Source of the DNA: a virus
Virus record (IMG/VR): IMGVR_UViG_3300045988_167643
Strand: one strand, 5' to 3'
DNA: 64,000 nt
Position numbers and translations under genes: made by a program. The stretch's first letter is position 1. Each line of letters opens with the position of its first letter. Shown here in pieces: positions 9,045 to 18,463 of this stretch. The notes beneath the pieces were generated by a model, which was not told the origin of the DNA, did no database searches, and saw only the letters and a list, made by a program, of their open reading frames with translations.

Positions 9045-9059
9045 AAGGGAGGTTTTACG

Positions 9060-9692
9060 ATGAGAGAGATAATTAAAAAATTCAATGTTTATCAGTATTC
9101 TGAACTATCTGATGAAGCGAAAGCAAAAGTTCGGAGTTGGTATGTTGATGATCCAGTAAGATCAGAAGAACTAACCTTTCTAATTAACCAAGATTTGGAG
9201 AATTTATTTCCAAACAGTAAACTTAAAGTTGAATGGAGCTTATCATATTGCCAGGGTGACGGAGTAAATGTCTATGGTGATTTATGCTTTATGGATTTAG
9301 TAAATATGGTACAAAATCATTTATGCGGAGATTACTACAAAGCTTTTGAGAATTTCTTTTCACCAAAGGAAATTAAAACTGCAAAGTTTTATTCTGAATA
9401 TTGTGGTGATGTAAAATTACCTGTTAACAGAAGGAGTTATGCATATTGCTATGTTAGTCAAATTGATCTTGAGTCCGATTTTACATACGAGATGTCACAT
9501 TTTAGGAATATTAATTTAGATTTACTAGGCAAAATGGAAACTTATGTCAAGAGGGTAATTAGGAAATACTGTTTAGATTGGGAAGAAACAGGTTATAAAT
9601 ATTTGTACGAACCTGATGAAGAAGAAGTTGAAGAATCTTGTAACATAAACGAATGGGAGTTCCTGGAAGATGGAACATATTATGCAGCATAA
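9060..9692 (+). CDS. hypothetical protein
   Basis: 210-aa ORF, AGGGAGG SD; followed by a terminator. Confidence 0.65.
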   Translation: MREIIKKFNVYQYSELSDEAKAKVRSWYVDDPVRSEELTFLINQDLENLFPNSKLKVEWSLSYCQGDGVNVYGDLCFMDLVNMVQNHLCGDYYKAFENFFSPKEIKTAKFYSEYCGDVKLPVNRRSYAYCYVSQIDLESDFTYEMSHFRNINLDLLGKMETYVKRVIRKYCLDWEETGYKYLYEPDEEEVEESCNINEWEFLEDGTYYAA

Positions 9693-9700
9693 ATTATAAG

Positions 9701-9737
9701 GCAACTGGGAAGTACATAGTACCAGTTGTCTTTTTTT
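9701..9737 (+). terminator. rho-independent terminator
   Basis: CAACTGG / CCAGTTG stem followed by TCTTTTTTT. Confidence 0.7.
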
Positions 9738-9764
9738 AGTACAAAAAAATGGAGATAAGAGAAC

Positions 9765-10028
9765 ATGATAAAAATTCTTGTAAGATTAGATTTTTTCTAT
9801 GACGGTGAAGATACAATTGATCAATTTATATTGATGGTAAAAAGTGGAACATCGTTTGATGACGTAGAAGAGGAGTTATTGAAAGCTCATAAATATCTTT
9901 GCGAAGAAGATGAAACAGATTTATATGGAAAACATGGAAGAATACCACTTACATTAATTAACTATGTTTGTGAAAAAAATGGATGGAAATATTATGATTT
10001 AGAATATGATATTGACTTAAATCTTTGA
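9765..10028 (+). CDS. hypothetical protein
   Basis: 87-aa ORF, GGAG SD. Confidence 0.6.
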   Translation: MIKILVRLDFFYDGEDTIDQFILMVKSGTSFDDVEEELLKAHKYLCEEDETDLYGKHGRIPLTLINYVCEKNGWKYYDLEYDIDLNL

Positions 10029-10047
10029 CTGAAAGGCGGTAAGAGAA

Positions 10048-10404
10048 ATGGAAAAAACATTAGATATTACTCTTGATGAGTTATTAAACAAACTTGGCAA
10101 GACAAAAGAAGATTTAGTAATGGAGTTGGATGAACTTAATAAATGGATGGAAACAACTAACTATAGACATGGTTTTACCGGAATGGAAGGGTTCGTTTCA
10201 TTAGGCTATATGTTTTATAAGAAAAAAGTTTTCGAAGGTAAGGTTGATGATGTATTGACTCGTGCAGATGATTGGGGTTATGACATCAGTTGGGAAGAAG
10301 CTGAAGAAGTTGTTATATTGTTTCAAAGAATTTATGACTGTAACTTAAGTGAGAATGACCAGATTGAGAACTGTATCAAAACTGTTATACAGAAAGGAAA
10401 CTGA
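10048..10404 (+). CDS. hypothetical protein
   Basis: 118-aa ORF, weak AAAGG SD. Confidence 0.55.
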   Translation: MEKTLDITLDELLNKLGKTKEDLVMELDELNKWMETTNYRHGFTGMEGFVSLGYMFYKKKVFEGKVDDVLTRADDWGYDISWEEAEEVVILFQRIYDCNLSENDQIENCIKTVIQKGN

Positions 10405-10407
10405 AAA

Positions 10408-10704
10408 ATGGCAGAAATTATTAATACGATTAACATAAGTGCAAATAGTTTTAGTGATTTGAAAACATATTTGGATAAAAAGCCTGAGTATCTATTATTC
10501 TCAAGCCCATCAGGTGCAGCATTAAAAGTTGATTTAAAGCAAGAAAAAGAGGAAAAGGATAGTGCAGAAAACATTGTAGTTCGGTGGATGAATGATATTA
10601 GAAAGAAAACAATCAGCTTTACTGATTATTCGAGTGCAACAAAAGTGTTAGGAGAAATTAAGTCTTATTGTGATGCAGTAATTGTGGCAGTAACTTCAAA
10701 ATAA
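10408..10704 (+). CDS. hypothetical protein
   Basis: 98-aa ORF, AAAGGA SD. Confidence 0.6.
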   Translation: MAEIINTINISANSFSDLKTYLDKKPEYLLFSSPSGAALKVDLKQEKEEKDSAENIVVRWMNDIRKKTISFTDYSSATKVLGEIKSYCDAVIVAVTSK

Positions 10705-10730
10705 AATGTAGATTTTATGGAGGAAGAGAA

Positions 10731-10910
10731 ATGATAACTAAAGTTGAATTTTATAACAAAGAGAATGGAATAAAAATTATTATTCCAATGAATTTTGATA
10801 TAAATACTGATAGTTTAAATATTGATCAAAGATGTCTTGCATATGAAGAATTATCAAACTATGTTAGTGACGATTTTATTCACAATACAGTAATTGCAAG
10901 TGCAGAATAA
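10731..10910 (+). CDS. small hypothetical protein (59 aa)
   Basis: GGAGG SD 8 nt upstream. Confidence 0.5.
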   Translation: MITKVEFYNKENGIKIIIPMNFDINTDSLNIDQRCLAYEELSNYVSDDFIHNTVIASAE

Positions 10911-10923
10911 TGGAGGTAGGAAA

Positions 10924-11313
10924 ATGAAGATATTAGCATTTTGTGATGTTGACAAGGGAATCTTAAAAGATGCAGCAGGTCACACTTACATAGACGATGA
11001 CGATTATAGTGTAGATGATATTCTTAGTGACTTTGACAACGAATTTAACTGGCTTAATCAGTCCGGTGTAAATCTTGATGGATTTACAGAGTTTGATTCT
11101 TACGAAGAAGACGAAGAATACCAGGCGTATATATTTAGATATGGATCTGGATATGTGCCAAGTGGAAAAGCTACACTCAACAAAATGTTATGTGAAGAGA
11201 GATTGATGAAACGTCTGCATGAGCTGTCAGAAGAGAAATACGATGTAACTCGGTATAAAATCTTGAAGAGAACAGTGTACACGGTTTGTACAAAATACGA
11301 GGAGGTGTGCTGA
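10924..11313 (+). CDS. hypothetical acidic protein
   Basis: Track ORF 10894..11313 trimmed to the ATG after GGAGG. Confidence 0.6.
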   Translation: MKILAFCDVDKGILKDAAGHTYIDDDDYSVDDILSDFDNEFNWLNQSGVNLDGFTEFDSYEEDEEYQAYIFRYGSGYVPSGKATLNKMLCEERLMKRLHELSEEKYDVTRYKILKRTVYTVCTKYEEVC

Positions 11314-11315
11314 AT

Positions 11316-11690
11316 ATGAAAATTATTCCAAAACCAGAAATATATGAAAGCGAAGACATTGTACAGTTTGCAACAGATATGGACATGGATATGAATACAT
11401 ATTTTATAGAAAAAGAAAGTGTTATAGAAAAAGATGATGCACATAGAGGTTATAAAAGTGCTTTTATCAATCCTGATTTGTTTACTTTCTTTATTCAAGA
11501 AGAATATTTTGAAAACTACGATGATGATGAGAATGAAGAGGATGAAGAGGATGAGTGGCAGATTTGTTGTGAGTTAAAGCACATGCCTGGAGCTGGTTGT
11601 ATAGTTATCGAAAGATTTAGTATGAATAATACTACAAGAGAAGAAGTAGTTAAGGAAATGGAAAGAATTATTATTGAAGGGAGACTTTAA
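11316..11690 (+). CDS. hypothetical acidic protein
   Basis: Track ORF 11286..11690 trimmed to the ATG after GAGGAGG. Confidence 0.6.
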   Translation: MKIIPKPEIYESEDIVQFATDMDMDMNTYFIEKESVIEKDDAHRGYKSAFINPDLFTFFIQEEYFENYDDDENEEDEEDEWQICCELKHMPGAGCIVIERFSMNNTTREEVVKEMERIIIEGRL

Positions 11691-11746
11691 AATGAATAAG
11701 ACAAACATGTATGAGAGGATAATTTATTTTTATAAGGAGAAATAAT

Positions 11747-12010
11747 ATGACGACAAGAGAAAAGATAAGACAAATAGAGCTGTTAAATAGCAGTACTCCG
11801 AATGGAATGATTATTGATTCAGATACAATTTTGGCTGATTTGTTATTGAATGTAGATAATGAAATCTCAGGTTTTTCGCAAGACATTTTTAACATCTACA
11901 AGAGAAGCAAAGATAAGGATGCGGTAAAACAAATGTTCTTTGAATTTACCGATACGGAATTTGATGATTACTTGGATAAATGTATGAAAGAGATTACGAG
12001 AGGTAACTAA
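11747..12010 (+). CDS. hypothetical protein
   Basis: 87-aa ORF, AAGGAG SD. Confidence 0.6.
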   Translation: MTTREKIRQIELLNSSTPNGMIIDSDTILADLLLNVDNEISGFSQDIFNIYKRSKDKDAVKQMFFEFTDTEFDDYLDKCMKEITRGN

Positions 12011-12103
12011 TATGAGAAGAACGCCACGGATTATAGTTAAACAGACAGAGGAATGGAGATGGGTGAAAATTAATTTGACTTAAAATTTTGAGGTAAATAA
12101 AGT

Positions 12104-12274
12104 ATGAATTTTAAAATATATAATGAAAACGGAGTTGTAAAAATCACAAAAATATTAGGTCCTGAAAAAGAAGAAATAACTATGTTTTCAAATCTTAAAG
12201 ATGGAGAGGTTGCTACTATTGAAGTTAATACTCATATTTCTAGCAATGGAAAGAAAAACAGTATAGATAAATAA
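12104..12274 (+). CDS. small hypothetical protein (56 aa)
   Basis: GAGGT SD 9 nt upstream. Confidence 0.5.
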   Translation: MNFKIYNENGVVKITKILGPEKEEITMFSNLKDGEVATIEVNTHISSNGKKNSIDK

Positions 12275-12301
12275 AAGAGATATTTGATCGGAGGTGATTT
12301 T

Positions 12302-12520
12302 ATGAAGCAGCGTTTGTGGACCGGCGAAGAGCTTGAACCATGGGGCTATAAAACATCACTCAATAATGGAATTGCAGTTGGAATTTTTGATAGTATGTGT
12401 TGTAAAACAAAAGCATTGGTAAATATTGAAAATTTTGATGCAGGAAAAACTTTTGATAAAAGAATCGTTATTAATAAAGAACTTGCTGAAAAATATGGAT
12501 TCAAAATAGTGATTAGATAG
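12302..12520 (+). CDS. hypothetical protein
   Basis: ATG after CGGAGGTG within track ORF 12284..12520. Confidence 0.6.
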   Translation: MKQRLWTGEELEPWGYKTSLNNGIAVGIFDSMCCKTKALVNIENFDAGKTFDKRIVINKELAEKYGFKIVIR

Positions 12521-12531
12521 GGGGCAGAATT

Positions 12532-12756
12532 ATGGCAAAGGAATTCGTTTACACAAAAGTACAGGATCTTGGTAAGATTGGTGATAAAACTGTTGAGATT
12601 GGTCACTACATAGTAGATGGTAAAGTAATGCCTGATAAAGTTTATATGGTAAATCACTTTACAAGAAAGAATGGAAGCGAGGACAGTAAGGCAACTGCAA
12701 TTTGTGCTATTGGTGAAGCAAAGGAAATCGGAAAGCTGCTTATTGAAATAAAATAG
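12532..12756 (+). CDS. hypothetical protein
   Basis: 74-aa ORF, AGGGGG SD. Confidence 0.6.
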   Translation: MAKEFVYTKVQDLGKIGDKTVEIGHYIVDGKVMPDKVYMVNHFTRKNGSEDSKATAICAIGEAKEIGKLLIEIK

Positions 12757-12784
12757 CAATTTGTTTAGAAGGAAGATTGAAAAT

Positions 12785-13255
12785 ATGAGAATAGAAAAAA
12801 GAAAAAAGACGGTATACGAAGAAATTTATATTGCAGATGATGGAACACAATTTGATACCAAACGTCACTGTTTAGAATATGAGAAAGAAATTGAAATGTG
12901 TAAAAAGGCGAAGGATGCAGAAAAGCTTAGAATACGTGAACTTGATGATGTGATGCCATTAATTAATGTTGAAACATATGAAAATCATGAGTATGTTTGG
13001 TATAAATTGGAAAACGAAAAAGATTTTAATACTTTAAAAGAAACGTTTGAACATTCAAAAGATTTTACTGTTCCAGATGGTTATCCGACACTTTATTGTG
13101 TAGAATCTTTTGGTTATGACAATATATACGAGGACGATAATACATGGACATGTACGCTTGATGAATGTAAAGATGCAGCGGTGGAGTTTTGGGAAAGATT
13201 TGGGTATAAGTTGACATTTGAAAAGGCTGGTGATATTAATGCAGGTACTATTTAG
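12785..13255 (+). CDS. hypothetical protein
   Basis: ATG 12785 within track ORF 12761..13255. Confidence 0.6.
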   Translation: MRIEKRKKTVYEEIYIADDGTQFDTKRHCLEYEKEIEMCKKAKDAEKLRIRELDDVMPLINVETYENHEYVWYKLENEKDFNTLKETFEHSKDFTVPDGYPTLYCVESFGYDNIYEDDNTWTCTLDECKDAAVEFWERFGYKLTFEKAGDINAGTI

Positions 13256-13502
13256 AAAAGATAAGTATACAAATGAAGTAATTGCGTTTCTTCCTGAGAT
13301 ACCAGTAAACACCGGCATGATAATGAGTTATATGCACATAGGGCAGCACGATGAGGCTGCTCTTTCTTATTATTGGGATACAGTTAAAGCAAATAAGGAA
13401 GAATATAATGATCTGTATGATGAGCTATGTGAAATATACGAAGAGAAATTACGAATAAAGCAAAGGATCAATTATGATTTGTTGAGAGATTCCTGGAGGT
13501 GA
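13239..13502 (+). CDS. hypothetical protein
   Basis: Track ORF 13218..13502; start uncertain (TTG 13218 or ATG 13239). Confidence 0.5.
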   Translation: MQVLFRKDKYTNEVIAFLPEIPVNTGMIMSYMHIGQHDEAALSYYWDTVKANKEEYNDLYDELCEIYEEKLRIKQRINYDLLRDSWR

Positions 13503-13506
13503 AAAT

Positions 13507-13758
13507 ATGACCTTTGATGAAACTGATTTTGCAAAACGCGTTCCAAAGAAAATATTAGATCGTACAAAAGAAAATATGGAAGTGTACAACATGGGTTTAT
13601 ACGACTCATTTAAAGAAGCAGTAAGAGAATTTTCAAAGACAGGGACTAAATTATGGAAAGCGTGGTACTATGATGATTTTAGAGAATACATACCATGCGT
13701 TTATAATTCGGAATATTTGAATTTTAAGAAATACCCACTGAAATATAAGGGGAAGTAG
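13507..13758 (+). CDS. hypothetical protein
   Basis: 83-aa ORF, GGAGGTG SD. Confidence 0.6.
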   Translation: MTFDETDFAKRVPKKILDRTKENMEVYNMGLYDSFKEAVREFSKTGTKLWKAWYYDDFREYIPCVYNSEYLNFKKYPLKYKGK

Positions 13759-13800
13759 AATAATAGTTTTATTTCTAGTTGTAAGGAGGCAGAAAATCTT

Positions 13801-13983
13801 ATGGATAAGACACAAGAAAAAATATTTGATTTATTGGAAAATTATTTTGAGTACTGTAAGACAAATGGTTTTACAGATTTTGAAATATGGTGTGAGGATA
13901 ATATTAACAATATCAATGAAAATAAATTAGTGGAAAGTATTTACATGGAAGTAAATTATATAGCCGATAAACTGTTTATATAA
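13801..13983 (+). CDS. hypothetical protein
   Basis: 60-aa ORF, AAGGAGG SD. Confidence 0.6.
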   Translation: MDKTQEKIFDLLENYFEYCKTNGFTDFEIWCEDNINNINENKLVESIYMEVNYIADKLFI

Positions 13984-14018
13984 AACAAGAATTTTATAAG
14001 AGAAAGTGAGGTGGGACT

Positions 14019-14351
14019 GTGACAAAAGAATTTGCAAGAGAAATAGCAGATAAATTTATAAAGGAGCATAATCCGGATTTGTGGGACGGATTAGGCAACA
14101 TACCTTTAAATTTTTCAAGCAAAATAGATGTATATAATATATTTGATAAAGAAGTATATATGACAATTCAGTTTGAAATTGATGCAGACGAGGGCGGACG
14201 TTGGGCACATATTGTAAAATTATACAGTAATAAAGATGGATGCAATGATGAATTAATTGATGGTTATTTTGGAAACGGAATTAATTTAGCGGATTCTTTA
14301 GCAGAAACAATTGTGGACCTATGTGATGATTATAAAGAGCTTTACGAATAA
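14019..14351 (+). CDS. hypothetical protein
   Basis: 110-aa ORF, GTG start after GTGAGGTGGG. Confidence 0.6.
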   Translation: MTKEFAREIADKFIKEHNPDLWDGLGNIPLNFSSKIDVYNIFDKEVYMTIQFEIDADEGGRWAHIVKLYSNKDGCNDELIDGYFGNGINLADSLAETIVDLCDDYKELYE

Positions 14352-14362
14352 AGGAGTTTGTT

Positions 14363-14515
14363 ATGTTTGAAAGTTATGAAGAATATCTAAACAGGACAAA
14401 TCAAGAAGATAATCGGACCGCTTGGAAATGGTGGAAAATCGAAGTATGTGGAATGAGTGAAAAAGAGGCAATAAAGGCAAGTATAACCGAATATAAATCA
14501 ATAAATTTTAAATAG
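14363..14515 (+). CDS. small hypothetical protein (50 aa)
   Basis: AAGGAG SD 7 nt upstream. Confidence 0.5.
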   Translation: MFESYEEYLNRTNQEDNRTAWKWWKIEVCGMSEKEAIKASITEYKSINFK

Positions 14516-14530
14516 AATGAGGTAAAAAAT

Positions 14531-14812
14531 ATGGCATTAATTAAATCTAGTGTTTTATTTCATGTAAAAGGAGCAAAGACTGTATCCAAGCAAAAAGTTA
14601 GCTTACGTCCGGTTGAGCATCACTATGAGACTGAAGGTGAAGTAGAATATATCAAATATAGCTGTCAATTATGTGAGAGTATTGCAAAATCATACCCTAA
14701 TAAGCTTATGGACGAAGACAAGCAGTTTATTCAGTTTTCATTGCCAAAAGGAATTGATCGATGTCCTTGTTGTGGTGTATATATTAACTGGAATTATAAG
14801 GAGATAAGGTAA
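14531..14812 (+). CDS. hypothetical zinc-ribbon protein
   Basis: GAGG SD; CQLC...CPCCG cysteine pairs. Confidence 0.6.
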   Translation: MALIKSSVLFHVKGAKTVSKQKVSLRPVEHHYETEGEVEYIKYSCQLCESIAKSYPNKLMDEDKQFIQFSLPKGIDRCPCCGVYINWNYKEIR

Positions 14813-14813
14813 A

Positions 14814-15020
14814 ATGAATAATGTGAATGTAAGAATAAAATATAGAACAGGTAAGTATACACCAATTAATGAAAATGTAGAAGAAGTTGTTTCGTGTTCT
14901 GAGTCACAAGCAATTCATGATTTAGTTTCAAAATTTCTATATTTCAATCCAAACTACAAAATTGAAATTATAGAGTCTGAAATTATAAAAAATAAAACAA
15001 GATTTTCAACGGAGGTATAA
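14814..15020 (+). CDS. hypothetical protein
   Basis: 68-aa ORF, AAGGAG SD. Confidence 0.6.
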   Translation: MNNVNVRIKYRTGKYTPINENVEEVVSCSESQAIHDLVSKFLYFNPNYKIEIIESEIIKNKTRFSTEV

Positions 15021-15022
15021 AA

Positions 15023-15262
15023 ATGTCAAAATTAAATTGGAATATAGTTCATGAATGTGATGATGAAGATGGAAATCCAACTCAGTGGTATTCAGAAATT
15101 AATCATCCAAAATACGGAAAATATTGTTGGATTAATGATATGGGTGATTATTTTGGAGTAGAAGTTGATTATGGAGGCTTTACAGAATTTACAGAACTAG
15201 TTGAATGTAAGTCGCTTATAAGTGCAAAAAGATGGGTGGCTACACAGTTAAAGAAACGATGA
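15023..15262 (+). CDS. hypothetical protein, paralog of 26925..27149
   Basis: CGGAGG SD; shares LNWNIVHECDDEDGNPTQW...ECKSLxSAKRWVAT with the 26925 ORF. Confidence 0.65.
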   Translation: MSKLNWNIVHECDDEDGNPTQWYSEINHPKYGKYCWINDMGDYFGVEVDYGGFTEFTELVECKSLISAKRWVATQLKKR

Positions 15263-15279
15263 TTTGAAAGGAGGATAAT

Positions 15280-15516
15280 ATGGTTAAGGACGCAACATTT
15301 ATTTCAGTTTGGGATGGTGGTTTCGAATTACTTAGCAGCTGTAAGGTAAACACAGAAACAAGAGAAGTATTTAATATTGAACAATTTGAAGATGCAGTTG
15401 ACGATGATGGAGATGAGTTAGAAAACCTCATTAGAGAATATATAATTGTGAATGGTACAGAATACTGTGTTGAAAGTGCTGATTCTAAAACAGATAAAGA
15501 TTATTGGTATAAATAA
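15280..15516 (+). CDS. hypothetical protein
   Basis: 78-aa ORF, AAGGAGG SD. Confidence 0.6.
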   Translation: MVKDATFISVWDGGFELLSSCKVNTETREVFNIEQFEDAVDDDGDELENLIREYIIVNGTEYCVESADSKTDKDYWYK

Positions 15517-15628
15517 ATTATAATATAAAGTGAATGATTGGAGTAGAATAATATACAGAGAATACAAATTTGAAAGAGCTGCTTGAAGATTATGAATTAT
15601 GGCAAATTAAGTAGTCTGGAGGTGTGGT

Positions 15629-16057
15629 ATGAAATATTATGAAACAACAGAAAAAATATATGAATTTTGCAAATCTTACATAGATGAACATGGTTATGCT
15701 CCAACAATAAGAGAAATCGGAAGTGGGGTTGGGCTTAAAAGTACATCAACAGTGTATACACATATGCAACGGTTGTTTAAAAATGGTAGGTTTGAAACAG
15801 AACATCCTGGAGAAGCAAGGGCATTTAGGGTTATATCACAAAACAGTAAATCAACAAATAAATCAATTGATAAAGATGGATTACTAGATTATATAAAGGA
15901 AGAATTTCCAGGAGTAATTGATACACATTGGAACTGGGATGTATTAGAAAATATTATTGATTATGCAAAATCCAAATATAATGGAGAAGAGTTAATAAAA
16001 TTTTTAATAAATATAATCCCAGAAGTTACATATGAAGAATATCTGATGTTTATGTAG
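15629..16057 (+). CDS. LexA N-terminal DNA-binding domain protein lacking the S24 peptidase domain
   Basis: GGAGG SD; IDEHGYAPTIREIGSGVGLKSTSTVYTHMQRLFKNGRF...ARAFRV parallels the LexA winged-helix (GYPPSxREIG..vGL.S.STV..HL..L..KG...R...pRAI); no Ser-Lys peptidase domain in the 142-aa product. Confidence 0.75.
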   Translation: MKYYETTEKIYEFCKSYIDEHGYAPTIREIGSGVGLKSTSTVYTHMQRLFKNGRFETEHPGEARAFRVISQNSKSTNKSIDKDGLLDYIKEEFPGVIDTHWNWDVLENIIDYAKSKYNGEELIKFLINIIPEVTYEEYLMFM

Positions 16058-16090
16058 AAATAAAAGTCGTATTTGATTGGAGGAAAAGTT

Positions 16091-16651
16091 ATGACGAAAG
16101 ATGAATTGCGGAAAGAATTAAAAACTGGTGTGAAATTAGAGGATATATTTGAATTCACAGATGGTCAGGATTGTCTAATCTACAAAGGGAAATTTCTTCC
16201 TGGTATTATTGGAGATGATATTTGTTATATTTCTGATCTTTCTTTAGTTGATATCCCAGTTAATAAGAGTATTGTCAAAAGTTATGAAATTGATAGCGTT
16301 ATGGGTCGGTGTTATACAACAAACGACTTTATAAAAGAATGCAATGGGCATGAAAATATTGCAGAAGATTTATTTAATTATGTTGATTGGCAAACTCCTG
16401 ATATTGATGATTTTATGGAAGGGTACGATGATAAGGAGCAGTTTTTTAAAGAATATAGATTTCCTATGGACGATTTGTTTGTAACAAAAGAAATGAAAGA
16501 TTTATTATCCAGAGTTGCAGATTTAGCAGCACAGGCTTCAGATGAGGTCTATGACGATGACGATGATAATGGAACCTATGGAATTCTTTCTCTTTGCGAC
16601 CAGCTATATGAGAAAATTAATAGATACTTGGAGCGTGATAGCGATGACTAA
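16091..16651 (+). CDS. hypothetical acidic protein
   Basis: ATG after GGAGG within track ORF 16073..16651. Confidence 0.6.
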   Translation: MTKDELRKELKTGVKLEDIFEFTDGQDCLIYKGKFLPGIIGDDICYISDLSLVDIPVNKSIVKSYEIDSVMGRCYTTNDFIKECNGHENIAEDLFNYVDWQTPDIDDFMEGYDDKEQFFKEYRFPMDDLFVTKEMKDLLSRVADLAAQASDEVYDDDDDNGTYGILSLCDQLYEKINRYLERDSDD

Positions 16652-16820
16652 ATATCAGCAAGCGAAAAATAAAATACGTGATCTGGCTGCAGACTGGCAG
16701 TCGGATTTTGGAAACAACAATTACTCATGGTTGGAATTACTCCAATGGCAGAAGTTTTTTAGTACAAAGGCAAAACGATATGGATTGGTAAATGAATTTC
16801 GTGAGAATGGAATTATTTGA
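16644..16820 (+). CDS. small hypothetical protein (58 aa)
   Basis: Track ORF 16542..16820 trimmed to the ATG overlapping the upstream stop. Confidence 0.5.
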   Translation: MTKYQQAKNKIRDLAADWQSDFGNNNYSWLELLQWQKFFSTKAKRYGLVNEFRENGII

Positions 16821-16835
16821 AAGGAGAAGATATAA

Positions 16836-17162
16836 ATGAAAGAGACAATTGAATATTTAAAAAAGGACCGGAAAGTAAATGACACTTTTATGAAAAAGCT
16901 TCAGAAAGTAGGATTTGAAATTGATTATACACGATATGGTTATTGGAATAATGTAGAATGCGTTCGGATTGGAAGAAGCTGCATACCCTTGTATGAAACA
17001 CACTTTTCTGATAATGGAAATTCAGAGTCACTTGATTACAGGTATCAAAATGATGTAATTAAAGATATCTACAACGCACTTGAAAAAGAAAAGAAAAAAG
17101 CAGAAGAATCAGATAAGATGGTTGACGATTTCTTTGCAAAACTTGGATTAAAGGAGGATTAG
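16836..17162 (+). CDS. hypothetical protein
   Basis: 108-aa ORF, AAGGAG SD. Confidence 0.6.
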   Translation: MKETIEYLKKDRKVNDTFMKKLQKVGFEIDYTRYGYWNNVECVRIGRSCIPLYETHFSDNGNSESLDYRYQNDVIKDIYNALEKEKKKAEESDKMVDDFFAKLGLKED

Positions 17163-17164
17163 CG

Positions 17165-17446
17165 ATGGAAATTGCAAGAATGTGGACACTGAGTACAGCG
17201 CATATTTCAAGAGAAACAGACAAATGGTTAATAGGGCAAGTAAAAGAACCGACTGAGGGATTATGCGTGTATAAAAAAACTGGTGGATATTTTGTTTATG
17301 TGCCAGATGATTTTGATTATGAAGAAATGAATCTTCCGGAAGATATTGAAACAATAATTGCTTTTGCAATTGGATGTGGAGTAGATTGGATCTGTCTTGA
17401 TTCCGATGGTCCGATTGAGAATGGATTTAAAACATATGAATGGTGA
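17165..17446 (+). CDS. hypothetical protein
   Basis: 93-aa ORF, AAGGAGG SD. Confidence 0.6.
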   Translation: MEIARMWTLSTAHISRETDKWLIGQVKEPTEGLCVYKKTGGYFVYVPDDFDYEEMNLPEDIETIIAFAIGCGVDWICLDSDGPIENGFKTYEW

Positions 17447-17455
17447 GGATAAATT

Positions 17456-17671
17456 ATGACTGAAATAGAAAAACAGAAATGCAACAAACTTATGTGGGAA
17501 GGAATCAGGAACGGAAAGGAAGCCCAAGAAGTTTTCAGGCGAACCAATATATCTGCTACACAGATGAGGTTTGCCGATCAGAAACAAGGCTATGCCCAAG
17601 GAATTAACCAGGCACTTGCTTACATTGGTTATAGCCATCCAGATATGAAAATGTTATGGGATGTAATTTGA
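17456..17671 (+). CDS. hypothetical protein
   Basis: 71-aa ORF, GTGAGG SD. Confidence 0.6.
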   Translation: MTEIEKQKCNKLMWEGIRNGKEAQEVFRRTNISATQMRFADQKQGYAQGINQALAYIGYSHPDMKMLWDVI

Positions 17672-17684
17672 AAAAGGTGATTAA

Positions 17685-18059
17685 ATGAGAGAAGAATGGG
17701 TTTGTACAGATTCAGATAGCAGTCAATATTCTAAGATAAATTCAGATGGAACATATAGTTTCATAGAAAAGGTATGGTTAGATATTTGTAAGGGAGATCC
17801 TGGATATCCGGATAAAAAATATACAGTAAAAACTGCTTTGGTCGATCTCGATGATTATACAGAGCATGAAAAGGAATGTAATATTTCTGGATATTACGAT
17901 TCTATTGAATCATTAAGAGAAATTTATGATGATTATTCTGATCAGATTATTGCGGAATGTATTTTTGAAGAAATGACAGATGGCAGCGCTTCAACTACTG
18001 AAATGATGACAGAAAAAGAAGCAGATGATTATATTCAGAAATATATTTCAGAAAGATAA
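17685..18059 (+). CDS. hypothetical acidic protein
   Basis: 124-aa ORF, AAGGTG SD. Confidence 0.6.
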   Translation: MREEWVCTDSDSSQYSKINSDGTYSFIEKVWLDICKGDPGYPDKKYTVKTALVDLDDYTEHEKECNISGYYDSIESLREIYDDYSDQIIAECIFEEMTDGSASTTEMMTEKEADDYIQKYISER

Positions 18060-18086
18060 AATCGAGTTTTTACGGAGGTAAGGTAA

Positions 18087-18227
18087 ATGGATAATACAAG
18101 TAGGGTGGCAGCGTGGATAGCAACTGCTATAGGTGTGGTTGCAGCAATATATTTTAGTCACGATCCAGAATGTTTATTTGGTTTTCTGATTCCATTTGGA
18201 TTAGAGGTTTGGTATATTGTCAGTTAA
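18087..18227 (+). CDS. small membrane peptide (46 aa)
   Basis: CGGAGG SD 8 nt upstream; AAWIATAIGVVAAIYF hydrophobic helix. Confidence 0.5.
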   Translation: MDNTSRVAAWIATAIGVVAAIYFSHDPECLFGFLIPFGLEVWYIVS

Positions 18228-18243
18228 AAATAGAGGTGGAAAA

Positions 18244-18426
18244 ATGGGAACGACAGTTGGAGATTTACTTTCATTACAAGATGATTCTTTTGGAAGAGTA
18301 AGAATATACAACGGAATGGAAATATTTTCAGGATCTGTTGAAAAAGCTATAGAATTATATTCTAACTACAATGTGATGAGCTTTGGAACAAATTGGTATG
18401 AAGATTTGTGTATATATTTAAAATAG
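18244..18426 (+). CDS. hypothetical protein
   Basis: ATG after GAGGTGG within track ORF 18217..18426. Confidence 0.55.
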   Translation: MGTTVGDLLSLQDDSFGRVRIYNGMEIFSGSVEKAIELYSNYNVMSFGTNWYEDLCIYLK

Positions 18427-18463
18427 ATTAATACGAAATCAACTTTTTATCGGAGGTGCTAAA

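Noticed and set aside
15618-15631. GTGTGGTATGAA resembling the recurrent extended -10 promoter motif
   Set aside because: It coincides with the SD (GGAGGTG) and start codon of the LexA-like gene, so the resemblance is most simply coincidental.
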